From: Camelus ferus
Lineage: Eukaryota
Length of the DNA stretch: 64,000 bases
NCBI RefSeq assembly: GCF_009834535.1
Contig: NC_045696.1
Span: 26,166,001-26,230,000, forward strand
Direction of reading: 5' to 3'
A program made the translations under genes and the position numbers. A model generated the notes under the pieces. That model was not told the origin of the DNA, ran no database searches, and was given only the letters and a program-made list of their open reading frames with translations. Within the stretch, counting starts at the first letter, position 1; each line of letters begins with the position of its first letter. Shown here piece after piece: positions 1 through 13,500 of the stretch.

Positions 1-872
1 GCACCCCACCTCAATATCTATGCTATTTTTATAACAGCTTGTCAGCAGTTTCAGGTGTGTTGTGATCCCCATCGTGTATCATATCATTCATGAATTGTTT
101 GCAAATGATGACTTTCATCTGTATTATCTAGAAGCCTTTTATGAAGCCAGATTTATGAGTGCCCTTAGAGAAATAGGAAAACTCACATTCCTGTATCTAA
201 CCCAGAGCAGGAGACAAAATGAGTTCTTTTTGTCTTACTTTTGAATTCACACATAAACCATGATGGAAGTAGTAAGATAATAAAATAGAAACCTATCTTT
301 TTTAAGATGTTTGAATGAGTGCCAAGACAAGTCTGATAATTCATCATTTTTGTTCCCTGTCTGTAAAGTATAAAATAGATTTCTCTCAGAAGCTGAAGAG
401 TTTGATGACTTTATGTTTTCTTATGTTAAACTTTAACTGTCTTATGTGAGAAGTACACATAGTTTGTATTATTAGTGAGTGAAAATGTCTATGGATGAAA
501 CAGTCCATAGTCCATCATGAGAGTGAAATAGAAAACTGCCCTTCAGAATTTACTATGTCACTTGCTCATGGATATGACTCCACACACTTTTTTTTTAATT
601 CAGAAATCTTAATTATCACCAAATATATAAATCTGCAACCTTTATTCTTCTTGCCTGATAGCTTTTAGAGTTATGCTTAATTTCACAGCTAACAGTATAA
701 AGCTTATCTTCATTCTTAAAAAGTCTAATTGGAACTTAGCAGCTGTTTTCAATAAAAGGAAATGCCTCTTATGTGAATATGATGTAGCCTGTTCCACCTC
801 CCATCAAGGAAAAGATCAAAAGAACAAGATAATGCATAAGTCTAACGTCATTACTTCAAAGACCACATTTTA

Positions 873-1283
873 TTGTGTCAGTCAGGATGGGTTAGAGACT
901 CTATGGTAACAAACAGTTCAAAGTTTTCAATTACTTTAAAAACAAACAAACAAAAATATTATCACTCCCTTGGTCTATATGCCTATTGCAGGTTGGCTGG
1001 GGCCTTGCTCTGATACAGATATTAACTTTCTTCCATCAACCAGGGTGAAGGAATATTGACAGCCTGGTAACAGTGGCAGAGGGAAAGGAAAGTTCCAGAG
1101 GCTGTTGTATCAGCATAAATGCTTTCAGCCTATAGTAACACGTCTTATTCTTCCACAGCTCATAGGCTGCAAGAGGTCACATGGCCACCCAGAACCACAA
1201 AGAAGTCAGTAAGGCAATCTAGTTATGTGTATGGAGGGAGGGGACAACCAGAAACATTTGGCAAATAGTGATAATGATTATAT
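873..1283 (-). mobile_element. MaLR solo LTR, old MLT1 (MLT1K/L-like)
   Basis: Begins tgtgtcagtcaggatgggttag...gtaacaaaca; contains gtcacatggccacc and ends gaaacatttggcaaatagtgataatgatt, matching the recalled reverse strand of old MLT1 LTRs. Confidence 0.75.
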
Positions 1284-2049
1284 GGATATTAACTACGAGT
1301 CTCCAACCCCTGTATAGACCCATTGCTACCAACCTTATTTAGTCTAGATGCTCCTTTGACTCCATGTTTGATGTCTTGACCTTTCGAAAACTGCATTGCA
1401 TTAGCCTCTTGTTCTTTAAACAGAGTTACTTTCCATGTATTATCGATGTGTTTTTTCTTTTAAGGTATTTTATGTTAGATCAAAACAAACAGTGAATATG
1501 TCATTAGTGACTAAACCCAAAGATTATGACATTGATTCAACAGGATTAAATTTTATACATGAGATTATGCTATCAAAGAGTTCGAGAATATTTCTGACTA
1601 TTCCTGGAGACAGTTTCTATGTTTTGCCTGTCATTTTATAAGTGTTAGAGATAATAGATTGTGTATCATAGAATCTTCACATCATAGGGCTGACAGGGAA
1701 TTGTTCAAATATATTATTTCTTTCATATATTTCAACAAGATTGTACACAGAGCATAATATATCAGACCACTTAGGGTGGGAAGGCAGAGAAATTATCTTG
1801 AAGTTTTATTCAGCTCATCAGAGAGCAAGGCTATCACATAACACTGCTGTGGGGAATGTACCTGCAGGTTGTTTTATTCAAAATAAGCTTACTTTTTTGA
1901 TCTTCTTGGCTAAATTTCAGTAGCATGTTTTGTCTTTTACAACAATTTCAAAATTTATATTTATATGCTTAGCTAGATTATTACCATTATTTTGTAAGCT
2001 CAAGGATATTTTGATTAACAATAATAAAAAGATATGGTAAAGGGAGAAG

Positions 2050-2230
2050 AGCACTGGACCATGTTACTGTGTCTTACGAAGTTTACTTAATGTTTCTAAA
2101 GTCTCAATTTCCTCTTCTGTAAAATGGAGAAAATAAAACTGACCTTTCAGAAACTATTAATATGAACTTGGAACTACATTAAGGTCTTATTACATGAACA
2201 GTCTTAGCATAACTGCATAAATAGAAGCTT
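2050..2230 (+). mobile_element. MIR SINE fragment
   Basis: CORE-like ttacttaatgtttctaaagtctcaatttcctcttctgtaaaatggagaaaataa. Confidence 0.75.
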
Positions 2231-2487
2231 CATAAGTGTGACGGTATATAAACAAGCAGAATTTTAAATGGAAATTAAATTTCATTATTCAGGCTACATT
2301 GATTCTATCTGATCAAACTCCTCTCACATAATTTGAGTTACAAGGTCTGAGAGTGAATGGCATTCTGTGATGAATTCCAACAAGGCTGGGCTTTACTTAA
2401 TCAAATTTTACAGTGCTGGACCAAATAGTGAATGCTTGTCAAGTTGACTTGTTCTTTTCTCCCTATATTTGGGATTCTTAATCTAAT

Positions 2488-2568
2488 ACAGTCATAAAAT
2501 TTAAGAGCTAGAAGTGACTTTGAGTTTATATCCTTCAGTCCCTTCACTTAACTTTAAGAAAACTGAAC
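2488..2568 (-). mobile_element. MIR (MIRb/MIR3-like) fragment abutting the MLT1 LTR
   Basis: agtcataaaatttaagagctagaagtgactttgag...tcccttcactt...aagaaaactga. Confidence 0.5.
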
Positions 2569-2976
2569 TGTTATCAGTTAGGAATTTTATTCAACTGGTG
2601 GTAAAAGATTTCCAAAAGTTAATGTTATATATGAATTATTAATTTAGGCTCTCAAGGTGTTTGCAGATTTCTTGGTCTCCCTTTCATAATTGCCTACATG
2701 TTTTGCAAGAAGGTCTGCACAGCATTTTATTTATAGTATAATAAGAATGATGAAAGGGTAGAGGGTAACTGTCTAGTGAGTCTGTCTGCTTCTAAGAAGA
2801 GCCAGTGTTTTTTGCTTACGACTCTGCATCCAGCATTTTATCACATGGCCCCACATTGCAATAAAGCTGGGCAGTGTAGTTTTATCACATTATACCTCAT
2901 ACCAAAACTAGGGTTCTATTAATACAAAGAAAAGGAGAATAAAGATACTGCATCAGAAACTTGTGGTCTCTGCAAC
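2569..2976 (-). mobile_element. MaLR solo LTR, MLT1J-like
   Basis: tgttatcagttagg start, tcacatggccccac...gctgggcagtgtagtttt, aaaactagggttctatta, ends gtctctgcaaca (TG...CA termini). Confidence 0.65.
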
Positions 2977-3094
2977 AGAGGCCTATTTTCCTGTTATAGA
3001 TAATAATGTTATAGTATTTATATTATTTATATTTGCTATTATGTCTGGGCTGTAATCTCAGCCAACCAGCAAACCAGAGTTATAATTAACAAGA

Positions 3095-3305
3095 GAGATG
3101 GTGTAAATTAAAATTATAGGTTCTAAAGTAAAACTGACTTAAATTCAAACCAGTCCCCACCACTTGCACAAATTACTTAATATCTTTAAACCTCAATTTT
3201 CTGTAAGATAAGATGGCATCTCCTTCTCAAGTTCAAGTTCTAAATTAGATAATACATGTAAAGTACTATGCCTAAAGACATTGCCTAAAATATAGTAATC
3301 ATTGG
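3095..3305 (+). mobile_element. MIR SINE
   Basis: ttacttaatatctttaaacctcaattttctgtaagat...taaattagataatacatgtaaagtac...tgcctaaaatatagtaa. Confidence 0.75.
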
Positions 3306-4423
3306 TGCTTCCACCAACCAGCCAGTGTTCTTTTCTACATTTTACGGTTGATAAATTAAAGATGATTTACATTTTATTGAAATCAGTGTCAAGGTAATAA
3401 CGTTTAAAAAATTACTGTACTTTAGGTCATCAGATTTGTTTTAGTGCCTTTAAGGTTCTTCTCTAAGATGACAGTGCTTATTATGCATCTTCTATCAGCC
3501 TCTATATTTTTCCGTTTATATCTGGGGATCCATCTTCTAGAGATATGCCCAAGTCAATGATTTTGATAGCATCTGCTCTTTATCCAATACCTGAAGAGTA
3601 ATTATGTTTCTGTTTTTCATTTTAATCTGGTCTTACCACATCGACATTATGGGCATTGGTCAAGTCATTATGAGCTAATTGCTCATGTGCCAGGTGTTCA
3701 GGAGTCCACCCTTTGAATCTAAAGAAAGCAAAAGATGAAGCCACAGAAGTCTGATATGTTTTATACATATATTTGTCTATATAAATAAAAGAATAGTTAT
3801 TTCTACCTTTTATAGTCTATATTTTAAACTTCTCCTATGCTTGGAAATACAGATTTTTTATTACAGTGACTTCAGTCATTGGTCAGGTTTAACTACAGAA
3901 ATCACCTAATTTAAGTAAAAGGAAGGAATTGTCTTTGGACCTTCCTAGAATTACTGCAAACTAATAACCCAATCGCTCGTGCCCACTGACAGCAAGTATT
4001 GACTGTTTAAGTAGTCTAGGTCTTTGTTTGGTCATTGGGATTTATCTGTTTGAGGTTTCTCCATTGGCTGGGAAGTTTATACTACAACTGACTGTGCTAT
4101 AAGTAAGACAGCCTTAATTGAAACCTCTAAAGAGTAAAGGAAAACGGGGGGAAAAAAAAACAGACACTCCGTTTTTCTACTATCAATAATGTCTATGGCT
4201 GACAGTGGTGGTAAATGGCAATATTGAACATATCTTTTCTCTCATGTAAAATTTCAGTGTGAAATTATTCAGATTATACTTTGGCTATGTCATAATGCCT
4301 ATGTTCTCCAGTTATATATGAAATAGATATCTAACTGGCTTCCATTCATCCATTCACATTTTAAAAAGCACTTAAAGAATCTGTTGAGAATGTTGCTTAT
4401 CCTCCCTTTCCTGTTGCTGTTCA

Positions 4424-4443
4424 GTCTGCCCCCAAGTGGTGGA
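4424..4443 (-). promoter_or_regulatory. CTCF core motif candidate
   Basis: Reverse strand reads TCCACCACTTGGGGGCAGAC, close to CCACYAGGGGGCRC; motif match only. Confidence 0.45.
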
Positions 4444-5237
4444 GAGCCTAAGAACCTGAAAAGATAACGATGTGGTCATTCCATGACTTACTGCTGCAAT
4501 TGTGTGCCTGATTGATTTTTGTTGGTACATAACAGATGAACAATTTGAAATTTACTACATGGGATATGAATTTACCTGTTCAAATCATAGCAGTATAATA
4601 ATTCTTTCAAGTGTGGCTGGACATTTTCATTCAAATTGAAGTTTTTCAAGACATACAACCACCCTTCATGAACCGTTTTTCTAAAGGTTTTATTTTGGAC
4701 TCATTCTCTTCTTCCTCCTTCCCTGCTTGTTTTAAAAAAAACACTCTCTTCTTTGGGCTTACACTGGAAGACACTTTCCCTCTTGATTTCTAGCAGTTGC
4801 TAGCTGCTGTTGTTGAGTTTTAGTATTCAATATGATTCAGAACTCTTACTTTTTTTCAAGTTCTTGGGAGTGTTCTCTTGTCTCATTTAAAAAAAAATGG
4901 TCTTTGGGGAATGACAGTGATTGTGACAGATGGTAAAGGAATAAGATTGCACTTTGGTGCTGCCTCTGTCTTTGCCTCTTGATCTCTTTCCACTTTCTCA
5001 AGGCAAATTATAGATTTCCTTTTGCCTCTAGAGGGACACAGCAGTTGGCAGTTATGGTTCTTTGTTTCTAACTCTTAGAAAAAAGGGCTTTTATTTGATT
5101 AAATATTATCATTAAATTTATTGTTAATGAAGGATTTTGATTAGTACATTGACCAAATACCTGATGAAACGAGGGAGGGGATTTGTTGAATCAGTGGAAA
5201 CAAAAAAAAATTTTTTTCTTTGATGAATTTGAAGGTC

Positions 5238-5255
5238 GCTTCCCTCTAGTGGCCA
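5238..5255 (-). promoter_or_regulatory. CTCF core motif candidate
   Basis: Reverse strand reads TGGCCACTAGAGGGAAGC vs consensus TGGCCACCAGGGGGCGC; motif match only. Confidence 0.45.
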
Positions 5256-5799
5256 GAAATGCTATTTTACCTACAGGCTACCATCCAAACTTTTTTTTAA
5301 AACTTTACTTCATTGTCTCTTTTTAAAAATATTATCTGATACGTGTAATTACATATTATATATATTAATGAATATGTCTTGAAACAAAATTCAACTCACT
5401 AAAAAATTAGAAATCTTTTCAATTATTATACTCAAAATTTTAGGTGTGAAAAAGCAAAAGTACTTCACTATGCCTTTTGTTCTCCAGTAACCCACACAAG
5501 CACAACACAAAATTCCAAATGAAAGGATTCTAACTGACTAAAAATATAGGTAGTGAAATGGGCCTGGATTCTTTTTTTTTTTTTTTTTTTTAAATTCGTG
5601 TGTCTGAAGGAATTTAAAAAGTGTAAGTTTAAAGTTGGGTCGTAGGTATTTTACTACATTTCTCTGTATATTTGAAATATTTCATAGTGAGAAAAATTTT
5701 AGAGAGAGAGATGGTAGAATGATTAGGTAGTTAAAAGTTAAGCATGGGAATTTAAATGGCACTAGAAGTTGGCTGAGGGTTGTAATTATAATTGAGTTG

Positions 5800-5950
5800 A
5801 TTTGTTCACATTTAGTTATCGATTTGGCAAGTATTTAAGCGAAACCAAGAATGTGCTGCACTCCAGACAACATGGAAGAAATACAAAGACAAACAAGACA
5901 TGTGAAAGGCTAGTGAAGAGATGACTGGTCAGTGACACAGCGCTGGTAGA
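5800..5950 (-). mobile_element. L2 3'-end fragment
   Basis: ttgttcacatt...caagtatttaagc...tgtgctgcactc...gaaatacaaagacaaacaagacatg resembles reverse L2 tail. Confidence 0.5.
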
Positions 5951-7553
5951 AATATGCATACAGAGCCAGGGAGCACGCCCACAGTCCAGAGGGCCAGGGT
6001 GCACAGTTAAGCACAGAAGAGTGGGTGAAATGGTCAAGAGACTGGGCACAGTGCTGAGGTGCTACCTTTGCAGAAAAGTGCTGCAGAGAGTGTGACAGAG
6101 AAGGGGCTTCAAGTATGGAGGATTTTTTGGGGCAGAGCTGAAGGGGCCACATCACTTAAAAATTCTCCACGAGCAGATCTTAAGCAGGCACTGTGTTTTA
6201 TACCATGATCAATTATCAAATGAGAGAAGATGAAGTTTTGATCCTTAGGTTGAATATAAACAGTTCATCTTACAAAATTATAGATACATTCACATAACGC
6301 CAGGAAGTCCAGAATCATGTGATGAAATAGTGTTTTTGTGTTTAAGTTTGATTTCTTAACATAGGGTTTCTTAGAAGGAATTAGTCTGACACTCCACTGT
6401 ATGGCTCGGAAAACGCATTATGAGGAGGTGCTCAAATTTGAAAGTATACTGAGAAACTTTGTCTGAACAGAGATCACAGTGATAAGAGAGTCAGGCACAC
6501 TCAGAAGTTTTGGTTTCATTCTGAAGTCAATGGGACATTATCAATTCTAATTGGAAGTGTTGTTTGCCTAACATAATGCTTAAGAAATTTCAGGTGGCAA
6601 AGTTTCACAATGATTTAAAGGAACATGAAACTCTGAAGATAAGAGCAGAAGCAAATTTAGCAAATTGATGATCAAAAGCAAGACAACCATAAGTAAGGAG
6701 ATGGGGATGACATGAGAAAGACAAATACTTATTTAGATAATATCCTTAATTGATTAGATTGGCTATATTTTATCACTTTCTATAGATATTTTCAAGTTTG
6801 AACATGATAGACTCTCAAGTTATTTAACAGACTGGTATAATTGCAGGTAGCTTTATAGTATGTTTCATATATATAGTATTTATCTATACTTCTATAGTGT
6901 TTATAATATGTATGAAGTATGTATTTTATATATAAATACAATATATACATATATAATTATAGGTATAAAGACAGGTATAGTTACATGCATCAAATAAAGT
7001 TTCATTCCCATGTCCATAAACACATTTTCTATTCTGGAAACCACCCATGCTTACCCCACCTTCACATACCCAAGGATCTCCAACTGCCCAGGACTATAGC
7101 CTTCATGCCCCAAGCACTTCAGCACCTTCCTTGGCAGTGCCCTCATGCTCTTGACTTTTCTTGCCTGTTCTTCTGAGTTGAGACTTAATTGTTTCTTACA
7201 ATTCAAGCCCCCGACATCAAGTATATGGTGAGATCAAGTATGTGATGTGTTTGCCACTCCGGGTTAATAGAGTGACACATCAGCATTTTAACCTGTATTT
7301 CTCCCCAAATTAACAGAAATGAATAGTTTTTCTGCAGAAAATGTGCCCTTTGACTGAGAAAATAAGTGTCAAATAACTGGCATCATTTAAGCACACCTAG
7401 TATATACCTTTGGATTTTACTAGTGTATGGATCCGAACCCGATAAACACTTGCAATACTGATAACAGAGTTCCTCAACAATTGAGCAGTGTTATTCTTTA
7501 GTCTATTTTTATAGATGAAACTCCTGAAAATGGCTGCAAAGCCCATTGTTTCA

Positions 7554-7554
<1 letters not shown>

Positions 7555-7596
<42 letters not shown>
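7555..7596. repeat. (CA)21 microsatellite
   Basis: Directly visible perfect dinucleotide run. Confidence 0.97.
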
Positions 7597-7602
<6 letters not shown>

Positions 7603-9319
7603 AACATGCATTTTCATGCTTTGAAAGGCTCATGTGTTAGGCAAAGGATGTTGTGGGTAGGCTTGGAAATCACTTGGCATTTTTGAGATTTGCCAAACAG
7701 CTTGAGATATTTTAAAATATTTTTGTTCGATCAAATCCCAAACATATTTTTCCAAGTACTTTTTTTAGGACAATTTTTATAACCATGTGTAATTTCAAGG
7801 AAATTTAACCCATATGTTTGTTTCTGTTACCATGTATTCAAATTGATTTATAACCCAGATGTAAGTATTTCCTTTGACACTGGTGTATGAAGAGGGTGAG
7901 AGAGACTTGCAATTTGAGGCACAGGAAAGTCCACAGTGAGACTTTAGATTAATGACCACAGACTATAACCCAGTTCTAACCCGAACACACTCTTTATGAT
8001 AAAAGTCACAGGGGACTTTCTATAAGTGTCAGCAAAGGATGAGATCCAGGTACTGCCGTATCTTGATGAATGTATGTTCCTAGCATGGACTCAAAAGATA
8101 GAACTCTGATTGGTGCTTGTACAGCATTATGGGATTGAAGCCCTTAAACGTTACTAAAGGTCTTCGCCAACTGTAATGAAAAACTGGATCAATGAGCAGT
8201 GATATTTACTGGCAAAATAGGACTGAGAACAGCCAAAAGATTCTATTATTTTTTGTGGCATAGAGCCTAGAAATGGGCCTGTTGATGGGAAAGTAGAAAC
8301 ACAATCAAAATGCTACCATATTTTATAGGAATAGCAAGAAAATGAATCCTTTTAGCTAGCATGTATATTACCTGGAAGCTATTCTTAAAATTAAATGGAA
8401 ATAGAAAATCTCTAATAAGACCCTTGGATTCAACCGATGTGCAATCTTAGAAGTAAGTGATACCTGCCATGGCAAAGATGCTATGGGTGAGAATGGATAA
8501 TAGCAGGATATCAGAGCCAGCACCAAGTAAATTAAAATACAGTTGTGGTATAAGGGGGCAGACGTAAGTAATGCTAAAAACACAAGCTTACTTAAGAAAT
8601 TAATAAGAAATGGTTTATAAGCAGCATTGCTTGTGAATGCAAACCAAAGTCAGTCATCGCATGTATACTGATATGTGGCTTTATACCAATTCTTATAAGA
8701 TTTGCAGGGAGTAAATATGATCTCTGATCCTAAATGCTGTGCCTACAAACAGAGGGAAAAAATGAGCCTTTCTACTAGAGAGAGGAATTCCAGTCCGAAG
8801 AAGTCAAACAACTTCTTGAACTCTGAGAGCCACCTTGGCTGTTCTGCTTCAGGGTTTTTGGCAACATAATAGCATCCTTATGAATGTTACCTTGCAGAAT
8901 ATTAGTTATACCAGGACAGATGCAACCAGGGAGTTGACAATTCTGTCACACTTTGACTGGACTGACATTTCCTTAGCAGTAACAAGCTGCCATTGTCTGG
9001 TACCGTGGAGGCCCTTGGGCTTGATTTAAGAGTGCTGACATTGACTGCTTTTTATTTCGTATCTTAGAGCTGTCAGGGGGCAACTGATGTCAGCATAAAA
9101 TTATTGATAGCTCTACATCTTGGGTAAAATGTGAACCTATTGACGTCTATAAAATAGCCATCAAAGTCTTGGAATTGGGGTAAAAATTTTTTTTTTACTT
9201 GAGAGTAAAAACTTACCTGGTTTATTTTTATAAAATTATTTGTCTTAAATTTGGTCCATGTAAATGTGAATTGTAACTATCTTTTGAACACGTAGTGGTT
9301 GCACGTATTGTGGCTGCTC

Positions 9320-9480
9320 ATTGCTCGTGCAATCCTCACCATAATCTTGTAAGATAAATAGTATTATTTTGATCTCATTTGAGAGGACAGATTATACTCC
9401 TAGAAGGTGACAGAATGAGGATTCAGATGCAGGCAGTTTGGCTCCAGGGGCCATGCTTTCACCTTGAATGATACTGCTTC
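9320..9480 (-). mobile_element. MIR SINE fragment
   Basis: aatcctcaccataatcttgtaagata...aggattcagatgcaggcagtttggctccaggggccatgctttc. Confidence 0.75.
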
Positions 9481-10510
9481 TATCATGAAATTGAAGATTC
9501 TAGATTGATGAAATTCTTTGATTGAGCTACAATTGTTTGTTGTTGTTGGGTTTTTTTTTTTTTTTGTCTTTTTAGTTTTATTGCAAGAAAATAATTGTTC
9601 CTTTTATCTAAGAAAATATCAATTATCACCTTATATTGTCTGACAAATACTGAAAGAAAGCATTTTTTATCATCCTTTTTCTTTTTCTAGAGTAAGCATG
9701 TGTCTAATTGTATGATTCCAATCATACAAGTAGACCAGTTTTCTAATCAGACTATGTAGATTAACATGTTCTTTGAGGACACTCAAAATTTGTAGTGTAA
9801 TAAGTAAATGTGTGGGAATTGTTTTATGCCAAATCTCAGCGATGGGCAAAGTAAGCAATTAATAATTGTCGTAACTGATAAGTGATGACTCAGTTTGCCA
9901 TTCTGCTTTTCAGATCACTTATTTTTAACCATTGTGATCTTCTTCAAATAGTAGCCATTTTCTAAAGAATGCTTCTGAAAGTCACCTCTAAACTCCAAAG
10001 CCTTTTCATGTATTGATATTTTATAGATGCCTTTATCTTATTTTGTGCTGTTAAAAAATATAACCTTTTAATTTTTTTCTAATTAACCTGAACGATGGCA
10101 GATGACAATTTAATTTCTAGAATATGTGTGTATGTGTGAGCAAGTGTGTGTTTCTTTTTTTTCAACCAAATCACAGAGATCTAGCGGAATTCTGATTCTC
10201 TAATTCTAGCTCAGTGTACAGCAATTGAAAGCATTTAGTTGTGATTAAAACAGATTGAAGGAGATAATCCCTTTGAGAAAGCAGCTTCAAATAGCTTAGC
10301 AGTGCTTCTTCAGGGATAAGAACTAACACAACACCAGCTAATTCCTGCAGTCTCCCTGGTGGTGCTAGAGACATACCCCTCATTTGCTGTTTTTACTCCT
10401 TACCAGGTTTATTCTAATTCTTCCTCAGCATGAATTCTGCTTTGAAGACTGTTTTACTCAGTCTGTTTTCCAAGAACCAACAATTAACTTTTTTTCTTCA
10501 ACTGATACAG

Positions 10511-10590
10511 TGAAATATACTTGTGTCATAAAGGAACAGAGTGCAGACAGTTCCCAATTCACAATTGAATCATATTCTAAAAGATCGTGG
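10511..10590 (+). other. Candidate 80-nt internal exon (unverified)
   Basis: ttaactttttttcttcaactgatacag acceptor; TGG|GTAAGT donor; unique-looking flanks. Confidence 0.35.
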
Positions 10591-13500
10591 GTAAGTCATA
10601 GACAGTTTGGAGCTTAAGATATCATTTATCACAGAAATGTTGTTTTATAAGGTTCAGGTTCCTACTCAGCCCTCTAAAGCATATTTAACCCATAATGTAG
10701 CTTAGTATGCTTGTAACTAGTCCTATAAAAGCCTAGCCTTTTTGTGTAATAACAGTTTTACAAGAATATTTCTAATCCATGTTGTAGATTCAATATTGGA
10801 GGGGAAACATGTTCTTTGTTTGGGAATGCCTTCAGATTCCTTTTATTCATAGTGCATCATTCCTGGGATCAGAGAGACAGGCACGTCTGTACCTTCTGAG
10901 ATAGGAGAAAGAGAGAGCTGGGTTGGGGATAATTTATAGGGTGAGGTTTTCTTTATTTTCTTACGCCTTACATCATTGTATCCCCATTTTGCAATTTAAG
11001 GCCATACCCTTGAGACCAGGAACCATGCCAAGGGAAGAGAATAATAAAGCACACAAGGGGATCCCAAGTGTCAAAGGTTAACAACATACTCCTGGGTCCG
11101 GGCTGCCTGTGGAGCAGTATTTCTGGAACTATGCTGAGTGGCTACTGTTATATGTTGTATTTAAAAGGAAAACATTAGAAATGTTCCTAGTGTGTCCATC
11201 TCATTCTGCTCGTCCTTTCTCCCTCTATGCGCCCTCTACTCCTGTACCTCTCTCCCCTGCCAAAACTGCCATGAGCCTTTTCTTTTCTGGTGCACCCATA
11301 ATGCCTTGATGATGAGACACATAACCGGCTACTCACTCACTGAATTGAATGATTAACCACATGCCACTATTGAATTTAATAATAAAGTTTAAGCCACATT
11401 TTGAAGGGCATTAGTGTTTTAAGACATGGAATACAGCTTGCTATGTAAATTTTTACAAGCTGGGACAACAGTGTACCAACTCATATCCTATGGGGCACAC
11501 TGTTAAGCCAGAGTTTATTGGCTGACAATATCTAACCAAATCTAAAGTTGTCATCTAGCTATTCATACGTGAGTCACCTGCCAGCATTTCATTATTTTTC
11601 CATATACCCTTTGCTGTGCTATTATGTGGCAATTGATCTGCTACTTAATTTACAGTAAGGATGATGAGCTGGCATTAATAATAATGGCATATGTTAACAA
11701 TGCAACAGGGCACCTTAATGCAATAAAAGAGATAGATACATAGTTGAAAACCTTTTGACACAGCGTTGCCCCTGTTAATGTTTCACAGCACTTTGCACTT
11801 TGAAAAAAGTGGCGTAAAAATAGCATGTAAAGTGCTCTTCCCACATGCTGTGCTTGGTCTTTGGCACGCCTGTTTTCTCCACATTTTCCAAAAATGACAA
11901 GAATGCCTCCCATCTGATACATCCTGTGAAAAATTTAAGAGCATATTTGAAAACATAAAGTACTGTTTTCATAAACTGCTGAAATCTGTGATAGTTTGGC
12001 AGTAATCGCAGGAACAATGCCGGAATGCAGCTCTTTATTTTTTCTTTCCCTTGCATTCTTTGGTCAGAGCCACTGAATTTCCCTGTGCCGTATTGCTTTC
12101 TGATGTGTTGATCTGAAGTCTCCCTAAATCACAAGTTAATGCCTAAACAGAGTCTGACAGTTGGATTTTCCCCATTAATTAATGATCTAACGTTGATACC
12201 GATGCAGTCTTTTAAGGACAAAAATAAATAATCTGAAGCTAGTTTAGCACTGAGTAAACTAGAAACAAAGCTTTTAAAAAGGAAAGGAGAAGTGATGGAG
12301 TAGACAGTATTAGATATAAGATTTTCTAGAATAATACATGTGGATAAAATTCTACTGAGGCGTGAACGGGTAGAACTCTGGGAACTTCTGTTTCTATTTT
12401 TATTCTCCGTCTAGTCCTTAGGGGTTTAAAATTCACTCCTTACCTGTGTGGTGAAACCTAACAAATGCCAGTCTGGTTCTCATGTTCAGACTAATGGAAT
12501 AGCACTGTAACCCTTGTTTACACAGGGTCCCTTTATATTAACAGATCCCATATCATGTATGAAATGTATATATCCTACCTGGTTGCTTTTTTTGCCAATA
12601 AGTACAGTAAAAAACAGCTCCCAAAGAGTTCTGTGTGGTGATTAGCATTGTTACAGTGAGTTCTTTTAAGCCATTTTCTGCAGGGCATTTAACCTTAATT
12701 CTCATTCTCTGCTTCTGTATGCCTTTCACTTGGTCTGCACTTGCACAGTGCTTAATAAGAGACACGCATTCACCTATTTTTTGCAATCAATCTAAGGCAT
12801 CAAACACTAATTATACACTGATTGAGTTACCAGATGCTAACCTGTCTCTGCCTTTAGTGTCATGGGAGCGGGTGCACAATGCCACAAGCAATGGTAACTA
12901 GTAGTTACATAGTGTTTACTGTGCTTGTCGTGTATTTTTTAATTCTCAACAGCTCTGAAGTTCAGGGTTATGAAGGAAGAATTCATAGAGATGATGGAAG
13001 TTCAGTTAGGCTAAAGTGCATGAACTTTTGCATTAGACAAATTCAAACTGAATCCCTTCTCCAACAGTACTTTCACTATTTTTCTAACTTCTCAATATGA
13101 TTTTAACTGTTGGTTCCCTGACTTCACCCCAAAGTCCAAGCATAAGACATACTACTAGGTACCGTTTATTTGGTGGTTTGGTGTCTATACTGTATCACAG
13201 AATGACCTAGAACTGGGGATGCTTTATGTCTAAAAATGCCTCAGTATGTTGTTAAGAATCATACCTAGTTTTGAGTGGAGCTCAGTTACGACTGAGCGTA
13301 GGGTCTGTTGTAAGGAAGCCCATCTAGATTCATGAATAAGTATGAACATTTATGGAGTATGTTTGGGGGTTTTCAGAAGACCAGCTTGACGTATAGGGCT
13401 CAGGCAAAAAAGTTTAAGAACGAGAAATTTGATGGAAGCTCATACAAAGCTTTAAAAGGCAACTGAAGAATTCTGGGCCTTGATCTGATGGCATGTTATA

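Noticed and set aside
4440..5300. Possible processed pseudogene or 3'UTR-like segment
   Set aside because: No ORF remnant, poly(A) tail or TSD that I can recognise
7397..7633. Cys-Val repeat ORF
   Set aside because: Translation of the (CA)n microsatellite
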